From a virus (taxonomy: Duplodnaviria; Caudoviricetes), in IMG/VR virus record IMGVR_UViG_3300009185_000001, positions 32,001 to 96,000 of that record: 64,000 nucleotides of DNA; one strand, given 5' to 3'. A program made the position numbers and the translations under genes. The notes beneath the pieces are model-generated. The model searched no databases, had not been told where the DNA came from, and was given only the letters and a program-made list of their open reading frames with translations. Below, one piece after another: positions 45,779 to 55,901 of this stretch (position 1 is its first letter; each line of letters starts with the position of its first letter).

Positions 45779-47776
45779 ATGGCAAAACTACCTAATCCTC
45801 TTTTAGACGAAAAAAATGAAATAGAAGGTCATTCAATTTTTACAAAAATTGGTGGATTGCTTTTTAGAGTTTATAAAACTTTTGATAAAAAAAAATCAAA
45901 TGTTGTTAGAGATGATTCATATATAGAATTATCAAATAACGAAAAGGCTCAGTCTAAAATAAGAATATCTTCGGGTGGTCATATTTTAATAAATGCTGCG
46001 GAAAATTTAACATTAGGCTCTAGTAAACATTTTAATCTCAGTATTAAAGGAGATAAACAAGAGGTTGTTTCCGGTTCTAGTACATCATATGCAAAAGGCG
46101 ATGTAAAAAATATAAAAGGAAAACAGGGAGATTCTGAAGTTGAAGCCGCAAAAAAACTTCAAGAAGCAACTGCTAAAATACAAGAAGCAAGACTAGCTGC
46201 AATGGATAAAAAGGGAGAAATGGTTGCATGTCCTGTTTGCAATGTTACTCACTTGGTTGATAACCATAGTTCTGTAGTTCAAAATTTATTTACGTGTATT
46301 AGAAAATATGTAATACCGTATTTTTGCTTTCCTTTAGATGTAGTTGAATTTTTAGCAAAAACATTAATATCTCCTATATTAACTCCTAAAAAAAACTTAG
46401 CACTTACAGGATCGAGTGGCTGTGGAAGTCCTGCTTGTAAGGGAGGGCAGATAGAATCGCCTGTAGCAGCAACCAAGGCTGCTGATAAGGCAACTGCACA
46501 GGCAATAAAAGATAATTCAGAGAATATTTCAAAATATTCAAAACAATTAGGTTCTGGTGGTGCAGAAATTGTTCCATATAAAACAGATGTTGTTTTTAAA
46601 TCAGGATTAAAGAAAAATACTGTTCCTGCCTATAAGAAAAAAGGACATAATGTATTTGGATTGTATTTTATGCCTGGAAAAAACGGCAATGGCCATGTTT
46701 TGGCTATGGGAAGTAAGGGTAGTTGCGAAAAGGTTGTATTCTGTCCTCCGCAAAGAACACATGGTAGCGTAATGTTTGATGTTGCAAATAATTTTACAAT
46801 TAACGCAGGATCACCCGGTGTTGATATTCAAACTTCTGGAAGATTTAATGTAATGGCAGGTGATATGGTTTTAAATGCCAACGAAGGAGAAGCTGTTTTT
46901 GGTTCTGCTAATGTTACTACAATTAAAGGTAAGAACATAATCATGGATGCTAATGATATGAGTGGTGATAGTGGATTTGTTGTGCAATCTCAACACACAA
47001 TGGTTAATGGCTCATTTAACGTCAGAGGAGATGCCGCATTCAAAGGACATGTAACAATGGATGGTGCTTTATCATGCCCATATTTAATTGTTCCTAGTAT
47101 GAGAACAGAAACTACAGCAGGATCTCCTTCTAAATTTAAAATAGAAGGTCCAAATTGGGTTGGAAGTGCTGCTACACTTTCAATTGGAAATCTAGTAAAA
47201 GATATTGTATTTAGATATGTAATGTCTGGTTATATAATGACACCATCTGGAATATATTCTTTAATTTGTGAAATTTATGATACTATAATGATGTCAATGA
47301 CAATAGAATTGACGCAGACTGGAATAGGAATTGGTTTGTATTATGTTGCTGTTTTTAATTTTAAACACAATCATACAAGAGTTGGAGAAGACCATAGCCA
47401 TAGCACAACAGTTCCAAAAGCAAGTTTCTGGAATGACAGAAAGGCATGGGGGCAGGAAAGAATGGGTGGAAGTTCTATTCCCACTCCTAGTCCAGTACAC
47501 GGAGATACCTCCTCACCGGGTCCTAAATCAAAAGCTGGTGGTTGCGGTGGTGGTGGGTTATATACTAAAAATAGAAACGAAAAATATGGATTAAATGCGT
47601 TAGATCCTTACAGTGGATTGAATTATATTCCATACAATATCAAAAGAGATTCCGGTGGAAATTTAATTCCCCCACCACAATTTAGTGTAGTCTACGGAGA
47701 TACTACAACAACACCTATAACAGGAAATTATACAATCCCTGCAAATACATTACCAGCATCTGCACTAAATTGTTAG
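45779..47776 (+). CDS. Spike protein C-terminal part (gp5 beta-helix-like)
   Basis: Repetitive beta-strands (ISSGGHILI, GDMVLNA, VNGSFNVRGD), HNH/HSH His pairs, Cys cluster. Confidence 0.6.
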   Translation: MAKLPNPLLDEKNEIEGHSIFTKIGGLLFRVYKTFDKKKSNVVRDDSYIELSNNEKAQSKIRISSGGHILINAAENLTLGSSKHFNLSIKGDKQEVVSGSSTSYAKGDVKNIKGKQGDSEVEAAKKLQEATAKIQEARLAAMDKKGEMVACPVCNVTHLVDNHSSVVQNLFTCIRKYVIPYFCFPLDVVEFLAKTLISPILTPKKNLALTGSSGCGSPACKGGQIESPVAATKAADKATAQAIKDNSENISKYSKQLGSGGAEIVPYKTDVVFKSGLKKNTVPAYKKKGHNVFGLYFMPGKNGNGHVLAMGSKGSCEKVVFCPPQRTHGSVMFDVANNFTINAGSPGVDIQTSGRFNVMAGDMVLNANEGEAVFGSANVTTIKGKNIIMDANDMSGDSGFVVQSQHTMVNGSFNVRGDAAFKGHVTMDGALSCPYLIVPSMRTETTAGSPSKFKIEGPNWVGSAATLSIGNLVKDIVFRYVMSGYIMTPSGIYSLICEIYDTIMMSMTIELTQTGIGIGLYYVAVFNFKHNHTRVGEDHSHSTTVPKASFWNDRKAWGQERMGGSSIPTPSPVHGDTSSPGPKSKAGGCGGGGLYTKNRNEKYGLNALDPYSGLNYIPYNIKRDSGGNLIPPPQFSVVYGDTTTTPITGNYTIPANTLPASALNC

Positions 47777-48523
47777 GCGAGTATTATATAGGGGAATTTC
47801 TGCTTGCAATGCTTCTAATATAGCAGAGTCTGTTGCATCTTTTTGTGCTATGTATATAATAGGCGTTTTGAATAAAATAGATAAATCAGTTCTATCATCG
47901 TAATGATATTTTATATATTTTGTTTCATTTCCTTTTCTTAATCTCAAAAAAACAAAATATGGAAATTTATCAATTTGACAAATTTCAACTATAAATCCAT
48001 TCTTAATGTAATTATCATTTATATAATCATAAAATGATTGAACGTCTTCTATCTTTTTTGTATTATATTTCGTAAATACAAAGTCTATAACTTCCTGTGG
48101 ATTTATTATGTCTAATGTTGTACCCACCGGACATGTGGTTTCTAATTGTTTAATAGGAACGCCATCGGCATCGCAAATATAATTTTCTATAACCTGACAT
48201 CCACCTGCCTGTGCTACTTCTGTATACAATAAAATTCTAGGAAGAAAAGTTTCCAATGCAGCGGAAACCATATGTCCTAATGAATATCTATAATCTCCAA
48301 CTCCACTCAATAATGAAAAGTCCGGAATAGTTTGAAGATAATCAAATTCTTTATATGGAGTTCCATCTTCATTGACATATCCGTTAGGGGTTTTAATTGG
48401 TTTTAAAACGGGATCAAAGTCTTCTATTCCTGCGGTTTTAACAATTTCATTAAGCCAAGTCCTGTATCCACCAGTTGCGGTTGCACTTGGAAATAAATTT
48501 AAATTTACAAAGCTATTAGACAT
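47765..48523 (-). CDS. Hypothetical protein
   Basis: 252 aa ORF. Confidence 0.6.
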   Translation of the reverse strand: MSNSFVNLNLFPSATATGGYRTWLNEIVKTAGIEDFDPVLKPIKTPNGYVNEDGTPYKEFDYLQTIPDFSLLSGVGDYRYSLGHMVSAALETFLPRILLYTEVAQAGGCQVIENYICDADGVPIKQLETTCPVGTTLDIINPQEVIDFVFTKYNTKKIEDVQSFYDYINDNYIKNGFIVEICQIDKFPYFVFLRLRKGNETKYIKYHYDDRTDLSILFKTPIIYIAQKDATDSAILEALQAEIPLYNTRLTI

Positions 48524-48529
48524 AATATA

Positions 48530-48934
48530 TTAATCATCGTATCCTTCATCATCTAAAAAATTTTCATGCTGTTGTCTTAAAAATATAGTTTTTAAGAAAT
48601 CCATTATAGCATCTCGATCCTTTGGGGTTTTGAATTGTTGAACAATTACTCGTTCTCCTTCTAAATTGTATCCAAACAATATATAAGCATCAAGATACTC
48701 TGTTATAATGTCTCTAAGAATGCTCAGATCTCTTACTATTAAATTTTTATCTTTAATATTTTTCTTGAGAAAATTATCGAGAGCCTTTTGAAGCTCTACA
48801 TCATTCATAGAAGAAAAAACTACATCTCTTACATTTTTAATGCAAGCATCATTATGCTCTACACTTGATGTAGAGGATAATGATGGGATTACGGTTTCTT
48901 GTTTTTTACGTGAGGGTTTTTTACGCTCCCGCAT
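48530..48934 (-). CDS. Hypothetical protein
   Basis: Start re-placed at MRERKK; YLDAYILFGYNLEGERV. Confidence 0.6.
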   Translation of the reverse strand: MRERKKPSRKKQETVIPSLSSTSSVEHNDACIKNVRDVVFSSMNDVELQKALDNFLKKNIKDKNLIVRDLSILRDIITEYLDAYILFGYNLEGERVIVQQFKTPKDRDAIMDFLKTIFLRQQHENFLDDEGYDD

Positions 48935-49244
48935 AGGTTGAGGATTTGTTGTTGATATTAAATTTAACAAGATATTCAACGATAACCTCAATGGAGCTTG
49001 TTTTAATTTTAAATCGCTCTGGAATGAACTGTCCTCCATCATGCATTTCAAAATATTCTTCGCCCAAATCATTATGATTATTATAGCAAGTTACTAATAT
49101 GGAAGCCACATTAGGATCTACGATTGCCGTCCAACTACGTGGATCGGAATCTGCATAATCGTTGAATAGTTTATCTACTACATATCCACTGTCACGAAGA
49201 CGCTTAATGAAGTAGCTGCATGTTGTTACTCTGTTTTTTGACAT
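48921..49244 (-). CDS. Hypothetical protein
   Basis: 107 aa ORF downstream of clamp. Confidence 0.65.
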   Translation of the reverse strand: MSKNRVTTCSYFIKRLRDSGYVVDKLFNDYADSDPRSWTAIVDPNVASILVTCYNNHNDLGEEYFEMHDGGQFIPERFKIKTSSIEVIVEYLVKFNINNKSSTYAGA

Positions 49245-49272
49245 AAGATTAATATTATTTATTTTTTAGTTA

Positions 49273-50022
49273 TTATTTTACAAGGGCTGATACGATATAT
49301 TTTAATTCTACATCGTTATCATCTTTATTTTGAAAGACAAATACTTTGTATTCATTGTTAATTTTTATTTTAACATCAGTTCTGCATGTTGCAAGATTTT
49401 TAAAAACTTCAGTATTTATAGGAATTGGTTCTATAACTTCTACTCCACTAAAAGTATTAGAAACCTTTAATGTTATGTTATCTACATTTGATAATGTTTT
49501 ATCATTAATCTCTGCATACATACCATCATCTTTGCTATAAAAGTATATCTTTGTTGTATCAGAAGCAAATGCATATCCCGCCATTATCTGTTTTATTTTA
49601 TTGCTAGACACTAAAAACTCTGTGTCAAAATTCAATTTAGAAATCTTATTGATATTGATAGGACATTCTCTGATGACACTATCATCTACCAAATGATATT
49701 TAAAATGAGTATTTTCCCCATCCAAAGTATTAGAACATTTTATGTTATTTTCCGTATTTTCTATTGAAAATTCTCCATCGCTCCCCAAACAATCCAATCC
49801 ACACAAAAGTTTTTTTACGCTTATTAAATTCAACCTAACAGGATTCTCAACATCATTAGGAAGTTTTACTCTAGCATATAAGACAACAGTACTGTCCGGT
49901 GAAGAACATATTGTATATAAACCTTGATTATCGGTTTTTAAAATACAACTTTCTGTTAATCTATTTACAGGTTTTAATAGTCGTTCTAAAAAAGCTTTTG
50001 GGATTGGTATTAATTTAGACAT
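49273..50022 (-). CDS. gp45: DNA polymerase sliding clamp
   Basis: 249 aa two-domain pattern, FKYHLVDDSVI linker, YIVSAL end; replication context. Confidence 0.75.
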   Translation of the reverse strand: MSKLIPIPKAFLERLLKPVNRLTESCILKTDNQGLYTICSSPDSTVVLYARVKLPNDVENPVRLNLISVKKLLCGLDCLGSDGEFSIENTENNIKCSNTLDGENTHFKYHLVDDSVIRECPININKISKLNFDTEFLVSSNKIKQIMAGYAFASDTTKIYFYSKDDGMYAEINDKTLSNVDNITLKVSNTFSGVEVIEPIPINTEVFKNLATCRTDVKIKINNEYKVFVFQNKDDNDVELKYIVSALVK

Positions 50023-50515
50023 TAGTTTCTTTTTCTTTTAAAAGAGTAAACATCTTTGCCAAGGTTTTGTCAATATTTTTCAATGAATTTTTAATAGAAC
50101 CAACATCTTCTTTACGCAAAGAATATCCATCAAAGACACTTGAGGGTTCATATTGTTGCTGTTGTTGCGTATTTCTAATCGGTTCCGGTGTATGAATTGT
50201 CAAATTAGCTACTTGCGGCAGTAATGGTGCTGCATTTGGTTGTGGTTGACTCATTACAGGATCTGTAACAGATCTCAGTGCCAATTCATTGAGACCTTCA
50301 TATGCCTTTACCATTTCAGGAGAAGCTGATCGTGGATCGATAAAGGTCTGTGAATGTGTTTGCTTGCCCAACAATGGAGCAACAAAGTTCTCCATGTTAA
50401 TTTTATTTGCTGGATTATTAGAACGCTCTGTTGTCAGTTGGTCCACACCAATAAGGTGTGAACCAACCATACGTGCGAGCATTGCGGCTTCAATGACTTC
50501 TTCTCGGTTTTGCAT
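50015..50515 (-). CDS. Hypothetical protein
   Basis: 166 aa ORF between gp32 and gp45. Confidence 0.6.
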   Translation of the reverse strand: MQNREEVIEAAMLARMVGSHLIGVDQLTTERSNNPANKINMENFVAPLLGKQTHSQTFIDPRSASPEMVKAYEGLNELALRSVTDPVMSQPQPNAAPLLPQVANLTIHTPEPIRNTQQQQQYEPSSVFDGYSLRKEDVGSIKNSLKNIDKTLAKMFTLLKEKETNV

Positions 50516-50516
50516 A

Positions 50517-51371
50517 TTACAGATCCTTTAGAATGTCTTGAATCTTGTCATCGTTAGACAACTCATCGGAGTTTCGTTCGATTACGTTATCTGCCTTCTT
50601 AGTTACTGGAATAAAATCCTCTTCTACATCCTCAACAATTGTCTTGTTTGTAGGAGCAAAACTTTCTTCCTGACCCAAGAAATGAGTGTTCAAAGTAGCC
50701 TGAATCTCTTCCCTTGTCTTGTGTTCAAAAACAGTATCAAGATCCTTAGCAGATGCATATAGTTGTTCAATATCATCAACTCCTTCAAGTGCGGACGGAG
50801 CCATGAATCTAGAGGCTGTATACTGTGGATATCCACCATCATTGCCCTCTACCTTAATGCGAAGACTGCATCCCTTTTCCGAAAGATCAAAAATTTTTGA
50901 ACCAAATTCATCAGAATCATCACCACTAATTGCAGCAGAAATTACATTGTAAAGTTGCTTGCCGAAGCGAAGAACTTTCATCTGACCTTGATTTTCTGGA
51001 TTTGTCGGATCCTTCACAACAAATACATTGCAGAGCCAATTTTCATTCCTACGAATAGGCTTGATCCTTTCAATTTCCGCTTCATTCTTGGTGTTATAAA
51101 TCTTAGAACGATATTCGTCAATAGGACAAGTCTCTCCGTATGTATTCGGACAGAGAACAGATACCAACTGAGTTGTAATGACGCTCTTCCAGATATGATG
51201 ATAATAGTGATACATTGTCCTCTCTGGAGCGTTTAGGTTAGGAACCAAACGAACTACATAGCTGTTTCCGACCTCCAGCTTTAGAAAGTCTTTGTAGTTG
51301 GCATTCTCTGATGTTGTTTTCTTGTTAAGAGCCTCTTTAATGGACTCGAATAGGTTACTTGTATATTTCAT
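50517..51371 (-). CDS. gp32: Single-stranded DNA-binding protein
   Basis: VVRLVP, YHH, CPNTYGETCPI, VFVVKDPTNPENQG, FGKQL, FDLSEKG, YTASRF, acidic tail. Confidence 0.9.
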   Translation of the reverse strand: MKYTSNLFESIKEALNKKTTSENANYKDFLKLEVGNSYVVRLVPNLNAPERTMYHYYHHIWKSVITTQLVSVLCPNTYGETCPIDEYRSKIYNTKNEAEIERIKPIRRNENWLCNVFVVKDPTNPENQGQMKVLRFGKQLYNVISAAISGDDSDEFGSKIFDLSEKGCSLRIKVEGNDGGYPQYTASRFMAPSALEGVDDIEQLYASAKDLDTVFEHKTREEIQATLNTHFLGQEESFAPTNKTIVEDVEEDFIPVTKKADNVIERNSDELSNDDKIQDILKDL

Positions 51372-51421
51372 ATATTTTGTATTTGTGTTATTTTGTTGTT
51401 TCTATGCTTCTAAATATTAGC

Positions 51422-52078
51422 TCAAACTCTTGAAGTTTGCAACTCTTTTTTTAGAAAATTTTTTATTTTATTAGCAGCCTCTTTTACAAGGTTTTTTGTT
51501 ATTTCGCTGTTATAATATCGAGTACGATACGAATCAATCTTTTCAAAAAAATCACCAGACCATACGATTCTTTCCTCTTCATTCATCATTTTAAATTTAT
51601 TAAAATCTCCCAATTCAAAGAAGGTATATGGATTTACATGATGTTCTCTATAATGTTGCATCCATGTAGGCATATTGTGGGTTTTATGACTAAGGTAATC
51701 TTCTAAGAAAAGATTATTTTTTAAACAAAACATTGCGATATAATGAAAACTTTCTTTGATTTTGTCAAGCTGTTTTTCAGGAGATTCGTCTTCCCGCTTT
51801 TTAATAGCCAATGAATATGATTTAATCGCGGGTCTTGTTATGAAAAAGTTGAGAGGAGGACATTTTTCGTCCGGATGCAAGAAATTTGGTGCTCCTAAAA
51901 AATCATCATATGTAATATGAGGAAATTTATTGAAAAACGCATTGAGTTTACGCAGAAGCACTATATTAGTGTAATCAATGTCTGAAAAATCTTTTCTAGG
52001 TTGGAACGGCAGTCCTTTCCTATAATGTTTTAAGTAGCAATTATAAATATTTTTTTCTTGCTGCGTAATATTATTCAA
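51422..52078 (-). CDS. Hypothetical protein, possible helicase loader (gp59-like)
   Basis: 218 aa helical protein immediately upstream of gp32, matching T4 gene order; no clear motif. Confidence 0.4.
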   Translation of the reverse strand: MNNITQQEKNIYNCYLKHYRKGLPFQPRKDFSDIDYTNIVLLRKLNAFFNKFPHITYDDFLGAPNFLHPDEKCPPLNFFITRPAIKSYSLAIKKREDESPEKQLDKIKESFHYIAMFCLKNNLFLEDYLSHKTHNMPTWMQHYREHHVNPYTFFELGDFNKFKMMNEEERIVWSGDFFEKIDSYRTRYYNSEITKNLVKEAANKIKNFLKKELQTSRV

Positions 52079-52081
52079 TTT

Positions 52082-52381
52082 TTATGGTTTTTCTTTGTTA
52101 AGTTTTGATCTGAATATTTTTTTGTATATATTTGGCGTACTATTTAAATATGCCTTCATTATTATTTGAAAATTTTCTTCATTCAAAAGTTTGAAGTAAA
52201 TGTTCTGTGTCTTCTTATCTTCTATCACGAATTTTAAGAAGTTCAAGAAATTAAATTTCTTTTTTTTCGCTATGCAAACAAAAGATCCAACTTTTAAAGT
52301 AATATCTTCGAATTCCGACAAATCCATTGCATTTGATGGGTTCATCATGTCTTCTACTTGTTGTGTTGAGGTAATAATCAT
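52082..52381 (-). CDS. Hypothetical protein
   Basis: Start at MIITST, ATGA overlap with DHH gene. Confidence 0.6.
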   Translation of the reverse strand: MIITSTQQVEDMMNPSNAMDLSEFEDITLKVGSFVCIAKKKKFNFLNFLKFVIEDKKTQNIYFKLLNEENFQIIMKAYLNSTPNIYKKIFRSKLNKEKP

Positions 52382-53304
52382 ATAATGGGGTTTAAGTTTT
52401 TTGTAATTTCCATGAATAATGGAGTAATAGTACCTGCGGCAGCATTCATATGACCACCACCATTGCAATATTTTTCTGCAAATGCTCCACAATCTATTTT
52501 ATCATTTTCGTTGTACTGTCTTATGGAGACTTTTTCATTTTTCATGTTTATAAAAAAGAATAAATCAGTTTTATTTTTTCTTACCAACACTTCCATGACT
52601 TGTGGAACTATTCTATCTACCATAGCAGCACAAACTTTTTTTTCTTTTCCTTCTACATGGACAGAACCGGAAAACATTTGTATTTTTGAGGCTTCTTTTT
52701 CTGCTTCATTTTTTATAAAAGCAATTGCTTTTTTTTGTTTTTCGGTGAATGGTTTGAACCCATCATAATAATCATTTAAAAAGTCTGAAAACCTATTTTG
52801 ATATTCACTCCAAAATAATATATTCAAATCATATGAATATTGAAGGCTTAATTTATAAGAATCAAAATCATCGGTCAAAACAACCAATAATTTCCTAGCA
52901 TCGGTTGTTTCTATCTTATCTTTAAACAATTTATACATCAAAAGAGTATTGGATGAATATTCTTTATAAATTATTTTTGCATTTTTAAACCTATCGATAA
53001 AATTCTCGGAAGATTTATGGTGATCAAAAAAAACTATATGCGATTTGTCTAAATCTGGTAGAAATTCCTCCCGCAATCCCATATCAAATATCAATGTCTT
53101 TGATGGATTGTGAGAGTTTAATACTTCTCTTTTTAATTTTGGAATTTCTAGATTAGATATGGGTGTATAATAAAAGGAATCGCCCTTGGGTTGACTCCAC
53201 ATGTATACTAAAACACTTACAGCCCCGTCTAAATCGTTATGCGTGAAAATATGATGACAATTAGCCATTTGAAACATATTTATAGGTCTTTCACATAATT
53301 TCAA
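52378..53304 (-). CDS. DHH/DHHA1 phosphoesterase
   Basis: THNDLDG, FDMG, FDHH, TDDFD, GGGH. Confidence 0.88.
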   Translation of the reverse strand: MKLCERPINMFQMANCHHIFTHNDLDGAVSVLVYMWSQPKGDSFYYTPISNLEIPKLKREVLNSHNPSKTLIFDMGLREEFLPDLDKSHIVFFDHHKSSENFIDRFKNAKIIYKEYSSNTLLMYKLFKDKIETTDARKLLVVLTDDFDSYKLSLQYSYDLNILFWSEYQNRFSDFLNDYYDGFKPFTEKQKKAIAFIKNEAEKEASKIQMFSGSVHVEGKEKKVCAAMVDRIVPQVMEVLVRKNKTDLFFFINMKNEKVSIRQYNENDKIDCGAFAEKYCNGGGHMNAAAGTITPLFMEITKNLNPII

Positions 53305-54686
53305 TCATCACTTCCAATATTTTCAATTGCATTTAAGGTATCGGCTATGCTTTGAATTGCTGGAATGGATCCAGGAATGATTTTTTTCTTCGGTATAAAC
53401 ATTTTAGACACATCACTTGGATCTCTAAGTGTTAACGTAGGGTAGTCCAACTCCAATACAGTATGACACTGAACGGGTCCAAACCTATTTTTATTAATTC
53501 CGAGGTGAATCTGTCCAAGATCAACGTCTCCTTCTTCCGACCAAATTGCAAACTGTGCATCTGCTGTATGTGAAAGTCCCATGGATTCACTCATCGTTTC
53601 AAGACCGGGATTAGCCTCTCCGTATGCACTTCTATTAGCTTGTGTAGCGGTTATAATAGGACATTCAAAGTGATAAGACATTGCTCGTATTTGTTCTGTA
53701 ATTGCTTTGACGGATTCGTATGAATTCTTTCCCTTTTCTGGAGGTGCTAGGAGATTTAAATAATCAAGAACCACAACATCAGGCTTTATTCCCTTTTTTA
53801 CCAATCTATCTAGATATGCTTTTATCTGATTAGGTGTTACTGTTTGTGGCGGGAACTCTTTTATGATAAGTTTTGCGTTCTTATGCTTTGTTTTATAAGA
53901 TCCAAGTTCCTTTTTAAGTGGTTCTATGCTACTGGTAAGATCTGCCATCGCTATTTGTGTGAGATTTGCACTCATTCGCTTGGCATATACTTGTTCTGAC
54001 ATCTCCAAAGAGATCAAAACTACGGTTTTATCTTGATTTAAGATATTTGAGGCAATATTTCCCAAAAATATTGATTTTCCTACGTTAGTAACACCATAAA
54101 ACACATATATAGCTCTACCTTCAGCTAAAAACCCTCCACCAATCTTTTCATCTAACCAATTCCATCCACTAGGAATTGTTTTTGATACCTTTAATAGTTC
54201 TTTACAATGCTCATCAACAGATTCTAGATAATCAAACCCCATCTTTTCGATTAAAGAGATTCCACAAGCCTTTTCAAAATCTGCCAAGATTTTAGCACTG
54301 TCTATTTCTCCGGATTGAACGTCCACGGAGGTTTTAATAACAGTATTCAATACTGCCTTTTCTTTTAAGAACCTTTCAGTGTTTTTTAATAAAACATCTC
54401 TATCATAACTCTTATCAATACCGGAAAAACTCAGTGCAACATTCTTTAGCGCGTCTCGTTTTTCTTGTTCCACCAAATGAACCTTCAATTCTGTTATATT
54501 TGGAACTTTATTGTATGTAGAGTAGTATTGACACAATGATTCAAAGATTATTTTTATATCTTTATCTTTAAAATATGAAGGTTTTGCATGTTCTACAATA
54601 CTTTCAAGATAAATGGGATCCATAAGAGCATTATAGATCACCATTTTCTCAAAAAGTTCAACATTTAAGGGCAAGCTTTTTACCAT
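53301..54686 (-). CDS. gp41: Replicative DnaB-like helicase
   Basis: GVTNVGKS, ISLEM, VVLDYLNLL, TATQANR, SESMG, KNRFG. Confidence 0.93.
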   Translation of the reverse strand: MVKSLPLNVELFEKMVIYNALMDPIYLESIVEHAKPSYFKDKDIKIIFESLCQYYSTYNKVPNITELKVHLVEQEKRDALKNVALSFSGIDKSYDRDVLLKNTERFLKEKAVLNTVIKTSVDVQSGEIDSAKILADFEKACGISLIEKMGFDYLESVDEHCKELLKVSKTIPSGWNWLDEKIGGGFLAEGRAIYVFYGVTNVGKSIFLGNIASNILNQDKTVVLISLEMSEQVYAKRMSANLTQIAMADLTSSIEPLKKELGSYKTKHKNAKLIIKEFPPQTVTPNQIKAYLDRLVKKGIKPDVVVLDYLNLLAPPEKGKNSYESVKAITEQIRAMSYHFECPIITATQANRSAYGEANPGLETMSESMGLSHTADAQFAIWSEEGDVDLGQIHLGINKNRFGPVQCHTVLELDYPTLTLRDPSDVSKMFIPKKKIIPGSIPAIQSIADTLNAIENIGSDD

Positions 54687-54692
54687 GTTGGT

Positions 54693-54721
54693 ATCATATG
54701 CTTATTTCCTAGAGATGGCAA
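54693..54721 (-). promoter_or_regulatory. Sigma70-like promoter of gp41
   Basis: TTGCCA-17nt-TATGAT, 6 nt before ATG. Confidence 0.6.
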
Positions 54722-54729
54722 TAACAAAA

Positions 54730-55827
54730 TTACTCTTCTTTTTTAAATCTTAGTTCTGTTTTCAATTTCTCTTCCAAAAGCGGAAGAATTCTTGCCCAAA
54801 CTGCATCATCATCTTTAAAATCCTTATAAAACCCAATAATTTCTTCTCCCAAAGCATATCGATGTCCTTGTTTATGGACAATATTATATCCTTCGGCCAT
54901 TTCCAAGAGTCCAGAGTACTTAGAAATACCTGTTCTAAAATTTAAATACATCTCTGCTTCCAAGAATGGAGGTACAAATCGATTTTTAGTAGTCAATGCC
55001 CTCATCGTAAGACCATTAACGTCTTTTGATAGCGGTGTTGTTTCGTCAGAAGCATTTTTATTGTCTGATTTACCGACTCTTTCTTGCTTGGTTGACATTT
55101 GAACTAATACAGAAGACATATAAAGCGGTCCAGAACCTCCAGATTGGCTTTTTACTAGAGTTGGATACATTGCACCGGGATTGTCATAGGTATGATTAGT
55201 GAAAACAACCGGACAATTTGCCTTTGCTGCTGCATGTGTGATTGCTCTCAGCATACTTTTCAAACTAACTGCTCTTGCACCCATGTCTGCGGAATCTTTA
55301 CCATCATCAATAATCTTTGCTTCTCTAGCAGATATCAAATTTCCCAAAGAATCAATCGCTAACATAATTTTGCCTTGTAGACCACTATCTACAACTGATT
55401 TTAAGAATTTTACGATTTGGTTCCTGCATTCTTCGATAATTTCAATCGGACAATGCTTGATTTTTGAAGAATCACATCCCAATGACTCAGCGGTTTCTTT
55501 ATCCAAAGCATTTTCAGTATCGAAATACACCACATGCATTCCTTTTTTTTGTGCATTGGCCATTATTTTATTAACCATCAAAGTTTTTCCACATGCTTGT
55601 GGACCTGCAAACCCAGTTATTCTTCCTACTGGTATTCCACCATACAAAGAACCAGATATAATAGCATTTAATGCCATACATCCAGTATCCACCCATTCTT
55701 TTACAGTAGATAGTGTGTTTTCATCCAAAAATTGAGCATCTGGATTCAAATCATCAAGGATTTTGAATGCGTCTTTGATATCGCCACTTAGTTCTGTTTC
55801 GTCTGTTTCGTTTTTTCTTTTAGCCAT
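54730..55827 (-). CDS. uvsX: RecA-like recombinase
   Basis: GRITGFAGPQACGKT, YFDTENA, IDSLGNL, FTNHTY, SGGSGPLY, KNRF. Confidence 0.95.
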   Translation of the reverse strand: MAKRKNETDETELSGDIKDAFKILDDLNPDAQFLDENTLSTVKEWVDTGCMALNAIISGSLYGGIPVGRITGFAGPQACGKTLMVNKIMANAQKKGMHVVYFDTENALDKETAESLGCDSSKIKHCPIEIIEECRNQIVKFLKSVVDSGLQGKIMLAIDSLGNLISAREAKIIDDGKDSADMGARAVSLKSMLRAITHAAAKANCPVVFTNHTYDNPGAMYPTLVKSQSGGSGPLYMSSVLVQMSTKQERVGKSDNKNASDETTPLSKDVNGLTMRALTTKNRFVPPFLEAEMYLNFRTGISKYSGLLEMAEGYNIVHKQGHRYALGEEIIGFYKDFKDDDAVWARILPLLEEKLKTELRFKKEE

Positions 55828-55842
55828 GTTAGTATTATAAAC

Positions 55843-55880
55843 AAAAAACCTAGAAAGTCAAAAACTTTCTAGGTTTTTTT
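55843..55880. terminator. Bidirectional terminator overlapping uvsX promoter
   Basis: AAAAAACCTAGAAAGT-caaaa-ACTTTCTAGGTTTTTT 16-bp inverted repeat. Confidence 0.8.
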
Positions 55881-55901
55881 GTGTGTCAAACTAACTTTAA
55901 T

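Noticed and set aside
55199-55735. 178 aa antisense ORF in uvsX
   Set aside because: Lies wholly within a conserved gene on the opposite strand; no motifs or promoter
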